A DNA stretch of 64,000 bases from assembly GCF_041956535.1 (NCBI RefSeq), contig NW_027192207.1, forward strand, positions 64,810-128,809, given 5' to 3'. A program made the translations under genes and the position numbers. Source of the stretch: Calcarisporiella thermophila CBS 279.70 (taxonomy: Eukaryota > Fungi > Calcarisporiellomycota). The notes under the pieces were generated by a model, which worked only from the letters and a program-made list of their open reading frames with translations, was not told the DNA's origin and searched no databases. Positions 11,758-22,317 of this stretch are shown here, piece by piece; the first letter of the stretch is position 1, and each line of letters opens with the position of its first letter.

Positions 11758-12009
11758 TTTAATATCAGTGCGATGGCTTTATTATCTTCTTACAAATACT
11801 CCATAATTGCAGTTCATATTTTATTATAGTCGATTTTCTTATACAGTATTGTGTATTCCTTCTTTCCACTTCTTTCCAAGTCTGTATCAATATCATGTAA
11901 TGTGCTGGTTTTACGCTGATTTTTTTGAATCATATTCAACAATCACTAAATTTGATAAAATCTCTATGATGCCAAATTGTATTTAGAGAAGGGTTATAAG
12001 TAAGATAAA

Positions 12010-12062
12010 CTAATTTTAAATATTCTAATAGTAAGATAAACTATTAGAATATTTAAAATTAG
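12010..12062. repeat. Perfect 23-bp inverted repeat with a 7-nt loop (AAGATAA)
   Basis: CTAATTTTAAATATTCTAATAGT (12010-12032) is the exact reverse complement of 12040-12062. Confidence 0.95.
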
Positions 12063-12111
12063 GCCGTGTGCGTGCCAATTTTTTTCAAAATTTTAGCTCT
12101 TGACACATTCA

Positions 12112-13383
12112 ATGTCCATTACACTTGGCCTCGAACGCATAGCAACCCTCTTGAAAGTGCTTGGGAATCCACACCTTCGCTTGCAGGTTATTCATGTTGC
12201 CGGCACCAATGGTAAGGGTTCAGTCTGCGCATACATTGATAATATCTTGCGGCGGGCTGGTTATCGAGTCGGCCGTTTCAATTCTCCGCACCTCCTCGAA
12301 GCACGCGATTCCATTCGTATTAATGGTGAGGCCCTTGATCGAGTCGCCTATCAAAATTTGCACGATGAGATAGCCGATGCATGCAGGCGTGCATCTCTCG
12401 ACGCAAGTCCCTTTGAGCGTTTGGCGGCAGCTGCGTTTGCTTGCTTCGAGCGCCGACAAGTAGAGGTTGCAGTAGTGGAAGTTGGAATGGGAGGAAGGCT
12501 AGACGCAACCAATGTCTTTCCTATGCCCTTACTAAGCGTTATCACTTCTATTGCCATGGATCACTCCGCATTTCTTGGTGGGACAATCTCTGCTATTGCG
12601 CGTGAGAAAGCAGGCATCATGCGACATAATGGGATCGTCGTCATTGCACCGCAGCGCGAAGAAAATGCAAGAATGGTGCTAGAAGAATGTGCAAGAGAAT
12701 TCGAGTGTCAAAAATATATGGTGCAGCCTGCAGTGTCTATAGGACGAGATGGATGGGCGGAAACAACTGTATTGGGAGGCAAGAAGCTTAGCTATCCTCT
12801 CACGCTACACGGAAAGTTTCAGCTGGAGAATACAGCTACGGCGGTAGTTGCCCTCGATTGCCTCCGTCGAACGCATGCATCCGTTTTCGGGCGAATAACC
12901 GATGAACATATCGTAGATGGATTACGAACAACGCGGTGGCCTGGCCGATTGGATTGGGTGTGTAGTGATAAATTCGGGAAAGTCCTCGTCGATGGAGCGC
13001 ATAACCCAGCTGCTGCAATGGCTCTGCGCGAGTTTGTGGACCAAGAGCTTGTGCGTATGGGTAAAAAGGGCGGAGTAAAATGGATCGTAGGAGCAACCCA
13101 AGGAAAGGATGTTAATGAACTATTACAGCTTCTTGTTCGTGAAGGGGATTCACTCTGCGCGGTTGGGTTTTCACAACCGGAGGGAATGCCCTGGATTCAG
13201 TGCGTAAGCCCAGAAGATATTACACGGTCAGCGCCAGCGGGATCACGGGTTAATTCAGCAGCGTCGCTCGAGGAAGCCCTTGCCACTGAAGCTAAGGAAG
13301 ATGATAGCATGCTTGTGCTCTGTGGCTCCCTCTATCTTGTTTCTGATTTTTATCGTCTTGTTGGTCTAGACAATCAATTATGA
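12112..13383 (+). CDS. FOL3: Dihydrofolate synthase / folylpolyglutamate synthase (FolC family), intronless
   Basis: HVAGTNGKGS P-loop, SPHL, VEVGMGGRLDATNV, WPGRL, DGAHNP, CGSLYLV; first ATG at 12112. Confidence 0.9.
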   Translation: MSITLGLERIATLLKVLGNPHLRLQVIHVAGTNGKGSVCAYIDNILRRAGYRVGRFNSPHLLEARDSIRINGEALDRVAYQNLHDEIADACRRASLDASPFERLAAAAFACFERRQVEVAVVEVGMGGRLDATNVFPMPLLSVITSIAMDHSAFLGGTISAIAREKAGIMRHNGIVVIAPQREENARMVLEECAREFECQKYMVQPAVSIGRDGWAETTVLGGKKLSYPLTLHGKFQLENTATAVVALDCLRRTHASVFGRITDEHIVDGLRTTRWPGRLDWVCSDKFGKVLVDGAHNPAAAMALREFVDQELVRMGKKGGVKWIVGATQGKDVNELLQLLVREGDSLCAVGFSQPEGMPWIQCVSPEDITRSAPAGSRVNSAASLEEALATEAKEDDSMLVLCGSLYLVSDFYRLVGLDNQL

Positions 13384-13467
13384 AGTTGCGTGCAATTGCA
13401 AGCATGTATATTTATTAAAAATACAGGATATATTAATATCAAGATGAATTGATGAGGATTGAGATGA

Positions 13468-13835
13468 TTAGCCCTTGAACTGTTGAAGAACTCTCTGGTA
13501 GTAAAAGAATCATATAAAATTAGCGCCTCTTTTAATACAACATACGAAGCTAAGTGTGCTTACATCGAGAGCAGTATTAATATGATTTGCTCTTATCACG
13601 TTCTCTTTAGACTGGGATGCATCTATGCTCGCCTCTGTTGCTAAGCGTTTCAGAAAAAGAACATAGTCAAGGTAGATCTATAATGGAGAAAGTAGATCAG
13701 AAAAAAAAATAACGCGAAATGTAAAAGATTTACGGTGTAAGCTACCATAACATCTGCATTTTTACTTAGCTGCGACTTTGGCTGATGAGCCTTTATGATT
13801 TTACGGAGAGTTGAACGTGGATAGAGTCGCGTCAT
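13468..13835 (-). CDS. Histone-fold kinetochore protein CENP-W/Wip1-like (76 aa); exons 13746-13835, 13564-13677, 13468-13494
   Basis: Spliced MTRLYPRSTLRKIIKAHQPKSQLSKNADVM-IYLDYVLFLKRLATEAS...IRANHINTALD-RVLQQFKG*, matching the CENP-W pattern (PR.TL++I+K, +YL+Y+LF++RL, VL..F+G). Confidence 0.85.
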
Positions 13836-14051
13836 TAAGGTATTATATTTTTGACCAGAAGCCCAGTTGCGAACGAATATCTGAATTTGTGACTGTAATA
13901 CATATGCACAAGATGGACAATTTTAGCTTCTTTGCCTTTTTTTTTAAACACATAATCTTTCGAGCTTCGAAGATCATCCACTTCATTCCTTCTCTTTATT
14001 TCAACTTATCGCTCTCGCTTTTGTAAACTGTAGTGCAATCTGCACTGAGTC

Positions 14052-17000
14052 ATGTCATCTCCACTTAATTCTGCTACAATTAACAGACAAGATACTGGAT
14101 CTCCTAAAGGCATTTTCGATATTTTTACTTTATTCACACTTAATATCAACTGACAAGTTCCCAAATAACAGACAGAATCGTGCTAACCCCCGAGGAAAAA
14201 CACGTATACGGTCAGCTATGGAAACATGCCGCTAAGGAAGGACGCAATCTTCTCTCAGGGCAAGATGCTGTTCCCTTCTTTTCTAAATCAGGTCTTTCGC
14301 AAGATATTTTAGGAGAAGTAAAATAGTGTTATCGAAATATGAACCTCTTTTTTCTTATGCTGATTATATTGGTTACCATGACAGATTTGGCAGCTCTCCG
14401 ATGCAGATGGTAAGGGCAGTTTGGATCCACAAGGGTTCAGCATTGCGCTTCGTCTGATTGGACACGCACAGAACAATCGGTTACCAAGTGCTGCTCTTAT
14501 ACATATAGGTATGTATTTAGTGCTCGCAATGTGATGTAGTGGAAATATGTAAAATGCTTTATCTTTTCAATTAGATGGCCCATTGCCCAAAATTGAAGGT
14601 GTAGCAATTACACCACTATCAACTCCTTTAGAAACTCGAATCGAAAGTCCCAAAACACGACCCATTGTTCAGATAGAACCGTTGTCCTCTATTTCACCCA
14701 AGGATCGTGCGAAGTATTTGGAGATGTTTGAGAAAACTAACCCGGTCAATGGCCTGCTTGATGGTAATTAAAGTGATGCTCTGTAATATTACTTTCGCAT
14801 TTACCCCCATAATCCTCGGTATTATAAATAGGTGAAAAAGCTAAAGGGATTTTTATGAAATCCAAGCTACCTCTTGAAACGCTTGCTCAGATTTGGAATC
14901 TCGCGGATGTGCGCAAATCCGGAAGCCTTAACCAAACCGAATTTATCATCGCAATGTATTTCATTTACCGTATCCTTGATGGCACTATCAAGACACTGCC
15001 CAGTCAACTCCCGCCCTCGATTTTGGCCTCAGCGCAAGGCTCTACACCTTCTTCTCCCACTGCGCCTGCGCCTCCCAATATCAACCGTCATTCAACGATG
15101 CCACTCCCTCAAGTTGTCCGCCACTCAACAGGGACTCCACCCAGTGCGACGCGCCACTTTTCCACTTACAGCCCACTACAGCGCCAGTTGACAGGGAGCC
15201 TATTCCCATCCTCTGCTTCAATTAACGCTAATTTGACCGACTTCGATAAACCAGAGTGGGATGTCACATCGGAGGAAAAGCAGAAATATGACAAACTCTT
15301 TGATAATATTGACACAGCAAAAAGCGGCTTTATTAGCGGTAAATGTCGTGGAATAGGTGACAGGTGGTTGGAATGGATTTATTAATTTATTTTAATAGGA
15401 AACGATGCGGTTAAGTTTTTCCTTAGTTCAAAACTCCCTGAGCACGTTCTTTATCGAATCTGGTAAAGCGGGTTTTTGAATACACATCACTGCAAACACT
15501 CACAATCATGTTAATTGAAATTTTTTCAGGGATTTGTCCGATATTAACAAGACTGGAAGACTGAGTCGCGAGGAATTTGCTGTTGCAATGCATTTAATAC
15601 ACAAAAAGTTAAGTGGTGTTGATCTACCTGAGAGCTTACCGCCTACTCTTGTTCCCCTATCCATGCGTCCATCTAAAGGTACATTGATCTATCTATTTCG
15701 AGCCCCAGCAGTAAAGAATGAAACTTATCTGGTAATTTAGAAATTCCAAAAATACCTGGTTTACCGCCTGTGCCCAGTTCACGGGCATCCATGTTTGGTC
15801 GATCAACTTCAATGCGACTTTCTCGCAGCGTATCGAGTAGTTCAGGTTCTCAGACTGATTTCTTCTCATCGTCAAACGAGGTTCCAAACTCTCAACCACA
15901 AGGTTTTTGCTTTGTATAGTGCAAATTAGAAGCATGCAAATAACTTATTATTATTGTAGTGCAAAACTCTGGCTCGCTACTTGACGACCCACCACTCCTC
16001 GGTGATTTTGAGATCAACACCAAGATCACGAATGCCAACTTGGAGATTCACAACATGCAGAATCAGCTTAACTCCATCAGCAATGCTGCGAGCGAGGCTA
16101 AGGGCAAACGTGCGAACCTCGAGAGAAATCTCAGCTTACTTGCATCGCAGAGAAATGACCTCTCTCTACGCTTATCTCAAGTACGAGCCCTTTACGATGC
16201 TGAAGTCAAGCTGATCCAAGAACTGGAGACCAATTTAAATGGGGAACAGCAATCTGTCCAGCAGCTTATGCAAGAGGTGTCAACGTCAGAGCAAGCATAT
16301 GCGGAGGCAATGGAGCAAAAAGAATCCTTGCTCACTAATCTGCAGAACGCACGAAATGAAATCGACCAGTTGAAACAACGCCTTAAGCGCGTAAACGAAG
16401 ATACAATAATTACACGAGAGGAAACGGAGCGATTGCGGCGAGAAGAAAGTCGCCAAGAAAAACTTGTTAACGTAATGCGAGGACAGTTATCAAGCGCAGA
16501 AGAGCAACTGGAGAAAGCCCAGGGCGTGTTAAAGGATGCTCGGGAACAGCAGATGAGGGCGCGGGAGGCAGAGATCGGGTCACCAATACATACCTCAGAC
16601 ACACTAAGAGAGAATCCATTTGCCAGCCAGAGTAATCATAGCTCTAACGGGGCTTGGAATAATCCTTTTGAAAGCGGGCCTGCAGAATCGCAATTTGCAT
16701 CTTTCCCTACCTATACAGGCAATAGCTCTGCTGGGAATATAGATACAGTTACCGAAAAGGCTGAAAATACCCATTCAAGACGTATCAGCCCACAGACAAC
16801 AGGAAGCTTCCACTCCACCTCTAGCCAGCTTCCACAATTCTCGGAAGTCATTGAGAATGATCCATTCGAGACAAAGAAGGAGGATGTTCAACAGTCTCCG
16901 GAAGTCTCCTCTTCACTATTGACTTCGTTCGGAAAAATGGACATGGTGGATACTCCAGACCACATTGAAGAAAAGGAATTCCAATTCAATACCTCTAAGC

Positions 17001-18409
17001 AACAAGTAAAAGATAAAGACGAGCAAGCGAAATTTGATGTAGACGATCCGTTCTCCCAGTTCGGAAAACAGCCTACCTCTTCTAAGGATTTTGATGATGC
17101 CTTTGACACTTTCCCCGCTCCATCGGAGTTTGCTGTGGAATTTCCAGAAGTCGGCTTCCCTTCAGCTAATGGCGGGAATGGGGATGCATTTGGATTTGAG
17201 GATAGCTTCACACCAGAGACGGGAAATGCAAAATTTGAGAATTCATTCTTTGAGGCTCAGCCCATCGGAGGCGTGAAATTTGAAACGCAAACCGAGGAAA
17301 GCATAGACGATAAGAATATTTCACTTGCTGAGACAACGGAGGCGGATAAAAATTTGGCTTCAAATGAAGAGTACGTTAGCATTGAAGATAAAGATATTCC
17401 CTCCGATATTGCGCAGGACTCGGCGCCTCTAGAGAACGCCAACGAGACAATTCCGATGGAAGATACTACTACGGCCACCATCGAGCCCCTCATCCCTGAG
17501 AATACTGTTAATCATGCAGTCACAGAAGCTACGCCGCCCCCTGCAGATGAGGCCCCGTGTGCTTCGAAGGACAAGTCCGATGAACAGGAGACTGAACAAC
17601 CACCACCTCCACTACCAGAAAACTCCAAACCTAGTCCTAGTTCTAGTGGAAACGAGGATACTCAGCCAATTGCATCTACTGAAGAGTCTGCAAAGCTTGA
17701 AAATCTACATCCCACAACTGAGTCGACTACTAATATTGAAGAAACAGCCAAGTCTGAGGAAGTGGCGGATGAACAATCTGTCGTTACAAGTGCAGCTGAG
17801 CAATCTAATGGGTCAGAGCCTAACAATACTCAGCACCCTACTTCTTCTTCCGACAAACAAGCTGAAACAATATCAACAGCCGGGAATGTGACCACCGCCT
17901 TTGACGACGAATTTGATGCAATGTTCAGAGATCTTCCGGCCGCTAAAACAGAAGCCTTCGATGCCGCTTTCGATGCGGGTTTCGATGTGGAATTTAACCC
18001 CACATTTGACACAGCATTTGATGTAGCTTTTCCTGCTGCTTCTGGCTTTACTGAAACCTCCACTAAGGATCTGGACACTGTGTTTGGAGCAGCCAATGGA
18101 AACACTGTCAATAGCAATTCCGTTGGGCCTGAAGCTGATTTTGGATTTGATGATTCTTTCAGCACCCCTTTTACGCAGCCTCCCAAACATGAAGAGCCTG
18201 CACATCCGCATCCGCAAGCGCAGGAGGAGCAACAACAAGAGCTACAGCAAGAGCAGAATCAAGAGAACAATAACAACGCTGAGGACGCGGACATTTTGAA
18301 AGAGCTGGTGGCAATGGGATTTTCTCGCGCCCAAGCTATCGAAGCCTTGGAGAAAAACAACTATGACCCTGTGAAAGCCACCAACTTTTTGTTAGATAAA
18401 AGCAATTGA
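14052..18409 (+). CDS. EDE1: Ede1/Eps15-like endocytic scaffold (3 EH domains, coiled coil, acidic FD-rich region, UBA)
   Basis: Three EH domains ([16 protein letters not shown]; [16 protein letters not shown]; [16 protein letters not shown]), a long coiled coil, NPF/DPF motifs and a C-terminal UBA ([15 protein letters not shown]). Confidence 0.92.
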
Positions 18410-18701
18410 GGTTCTTTTTTATAAATACTATTTACTTTTATTTTTAATACCGCTCTTTATTTCGTTGCCCCTTCCCCCTCTTCACAAATCAAATCCGATC
18501 TTTGCATGGAAATGCTTCTAAATATTTTTTGTTTTTAAATATTATCTGTACTATTTATCCTTCTTTATCCCTTTTTTTTCCCTGCTCCTCTAGCGATTAC
18601 ATTCATACAAATATAAATCGAGTTTATGTAATGATGTACCAGTCCCAAAAAAAACAAGAGGAAAAAAAATAAAACAAAAAAAAACAAAACAAAATGTTGT
18701 A

Positions 18702-20672
18702 TCAATTCAGCACCTTCTTTCCCACCACCTCATACTCCCACAGTGGCTCCATCGACTCGCCTACATACAACCGGTAAACAAATTTCGGGGGGGATATCTT
18801 TGTATCTATGTCGAAAACGGCATATTTTTGATTGCCCACTCTATGGTAGAGGAGCTTCTTTTCACCGTCTCGTTCATGGTAGGTATTAACTAGTGGGAAG
18901 TAGAACTGATTGATGGGGGAGGTGGAGAAGTCTATAAAGCCGTGGGGAAGTTGCGTAACACCCACCTCATGTCTATCCTGTAATCGGGAAAACACCCAGA
19001 GTTCGTTTAGTCTATAGCTAAAGGGGAGGAAAAATCACTCGTACTTACCCCTGATATAAAAAATACATTGGGTACATCCTTTAGTATATCAAATAGCTCT
19101 GCCCTCTCGGTCAAGTATCCTCCCCAGGTATCAGCATCCGCATCAGGCCCACGCCAATTTCTCGTCAGCGGGACACTGCTAACTACAAACTTGAAAGTCC
19201 GCGTGGAATTGACTCTCGCAACCCACTCCTTAAATACGCGTTTTTGCTCAGCCCCCAGCATTGTCTTTTGCGCATCATCGGGATCCCTCGAGGGAGAACG
19301 ATACCGTCTGGTATCAAGGAAAAAAAAGCCGATATCACCATAGGAATATTCAAAATACGCAACCCCGTCGTTTCGCGTAAGATTGGCGTTTGTTTCGCCT
19401 TGATATTCCCAGAATGCTTTCATCGCTGAAGGCATCGGGTCGTCGTCCTGGCTGCTCCAGTTGTTAAGAATCTCATGGTCGTCATAAACGTGGAGCGAAG
19501 GTACTCGTTTAAATATATTCTGGTAGTCAGGTGTGGCATATATTTGGCGATAGAGCATGCGGTAGTTTTCAACCCCAGAGCCAAAATAGAAGGGAGCATC
19601 TACATTGGATAAATAGACATTAATGCTTTTAACACACCTAAAATAAGTGGATTTGCATTTTACCAGCGTAAATGAAATCTCCCAGGAATACCAACAAATC
19701 CATCTGGTGCCTCGACATCCATCGGAATCCTGGGATGCCGTCCTCTCGCAACAGTCCTGGATACGGGAAATTTCTCTTAATGCACGACCCACTCCCGAAC
19801 CTCATCCTAGTTGGTGTGCCCTCCGCGGGAGGCGTCACAAATTGTAAGGGGGCCAACTTCTTTTCTAATTGGGGCTGAGCGGAATCTCCGACGCGTAAAA
19901 ATCTCCACTCGTAGCGAGTATTGGGCTGAAGCCCCTCGAGAGATACAGTCGCAGTAAAGTCGTGCTGAGGCTCAAGGTGAATTTCTGGGCCCTTTTTCCA
20001 GAAGAGGTCGCTATCTATGGCACGATATTCGATACGAAGCTGCTCTACCGAAGGCATGCGGACAAATACACGCGCCGAGTGCGCTGTAATCGCTCCCGTA
20101 CGCGTGAATGCTAGGTCCCGCGCCGCAAAGAAAAATCGATCACGAAAGGTAAAGTCTAGCAACATAAGCAGTATAATGAAATTGACTGCTGAGATTGTGC
20201 CGAATAAAATTTCCCAAATTCCCCGCTTTGAATGCTTTGTGTTATTCATAGTGGCATTTGTAGTGGCTGCTCCATTTGGAATATTGGCCGATTCATGCTT
20301 GACAGTACGGCGGCGAAGCTGCACTGATGTGGAGAGGGATGTAGCGGTTGTAAGCGCCATGCATACAATTCTATCCAGTTTGGTCGTCTTCCAAACGCGG
20401 TTCACGCAGTTTATGCGTTCCTGGACCTCAAATAGTCTCCACCATGAGATATAATAGAAGGCGAGGAGAATGAGGGCAGCATTTAGAATTGGACGACCAG
20501 GGAGCCTGAATAATAATAATAAATATGTTTGTAAGTAACCAACATTAAATGGCCTTAGAGCCTGTCAATGCTTTGACTCCTTGAAGATAAGATACCAGTT
20601 TAGAAAAAGATAAGCGAGGAGCCAATACAATGAGCATGCAACTAATAGGGTTTTTGTTCTAATATTCTCCAT
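18702..20672 (-). CDS. PhoD-family alkaline phosphatase/phosphodiesterase with N-terminal TM segments
   Basis: LGDFIYAD, YDDHE, LDTRRYRS, DTWGGY..ER and SGDRHE across 4 exons; exon 1 (20596-20672) MENIRTKTLLVACSLYWLLAYLFLNW. Confidence 0.85.
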
Positions 20673-20989
20673 TGAATTAGACACCGGGTAATAAAACTAT
20701 GCCTATATGCAAATACTCTGGGGATAAAAGGGAAAAAGTGTGGAGAAAAGAGGTATATATAGTACTTTTTTTGTTTATGAGTATTTTGCCGAGGGAAAAA
20801 AAGGAGACATTTCGATTTTTTTTTTGCAAAAAACCTATTTGTGACTGGGCCTACGCCTTTTTGGAATAAATTAATAGAATTAATGAGTTGCATACACATG
20901 CCCTCAACTATATACAAACTCAGTTTGCTAACTTCAGCCTTCAATATCACACTTTGAAATTCTAGATTGCAACGAAGTTTATCACAGAA

Positions 20990-22103
20990 ATGGGGCTATC
21001 ACCATTGGATCCAATACAATGTCAGTCAGAACATAATCCCTATCAGCTGTTTATCAGCATAATTATTGCATTTGGTCTGCTGATTTCATATCTCCCTCAG
21101 GTAACATTGCAATTTTTCATGACTTTTTTTCATAAACTAATACACATGAATACATAGCATTATCGGATCATCAAGAATAAAACATCAGAGGGAATAAGTG
21201 CCTGGTATCTGCTTTTAGGAGTCGTGTCAGCTACCGCGTGTATGTTCAACATGATTCTATTGCAATTTAATGTACTCCGATGTTGTAGTCAGCAGCCATT
21301 TGGGATGTGTTTTGAGAATATTCTTGGTATCTTGCAACTTATGATCCAGTGGGCAATGTTCACATTAATGTAAGCACAATGTATAAGAGTGAAGTATCTT
21401 TTTTTTTCACTACTAAACATATGCTCTTATAGATTCATCCTCTTCATGATCTATTTCCCTGAAAATCTAAAGCTCACACCTTATGTCCCTCAACTTCATT
21501 TCACTATTCCCCCAACAACACGCTCACTTGAATGGCGAATAGCATTGGGGGTTGCGGCAGCTTGTACTATTCATTTCATAATTACCGTGGTCATCAGCAT
21601 GTGGCTGGTGTTTGTATATGGGCCCCAGAGTAACGCGACTCAGATGTGGGCTGGATTCCTTGGAGTGTCGAGCATGTTTTTGGCCGCTCTTCAATATTTG
21701 CCCCAAATTTATAAAACCTGGCGAAGAAAGGTGCAGTAGTTGACACTTGAAATTCAATGTACTCAAAAACTTGACATCCTCCCCCCTTCCCTAATTTCAG
21801 GCTGTAGGAGCTCTCAGCATTCCCATGATGTGCATCCAGACACCCGGGGCGTTTCTCTTTGTCATATCCCTTTCGTTGCGACCAGGCGCAAATTGGACAA
21901 CTTGGATTACTTTTCTAATCACGGGTCTCCTACAAGGCGTGCTGCTAGTTCTCTGCATCACCTGGCATATCCGTGCCAAACGTCTTGGCATCGATGATAT
22001 CTATGGCGTAAAAGTGATTGAAATCGAGGGTAGCAGAGCAGACGATGAGGGAGTAGCAGATATTGAGGTCCCTGATGAGACAACTAGGTTGCTACAAGGC
22101 TAA
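20990..22103 (+). CDS. PQ-loop repeat membrane protein
   Basis: Two PQ loops, ISYLPQ-HYRIIKNKTSEGIS and LQYLPQIYKTWRRK-AVGALSIPMMCIQTPG; C-terminal dileucine-like ETTRLL. Confidence 0.85.
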
Positions 22104-22317
22104 CCGTTGTATTATATCTGATATATTTTTAATTTGAAATTTTTGTATGTTTCCGAATAATATATAACACTTCCTTTATCCAGGTTAAATAAAGAAGATA
22201 TATTTTGTATAGAAAAATGCTAAGCGTGTCGTCACAAGACTCAAATTATTCTATGATGAAAAAAAGACACTTTTTACATTCATAAAGATATAAAATGGTC
22301 TATGCAAAAATAAAAAA

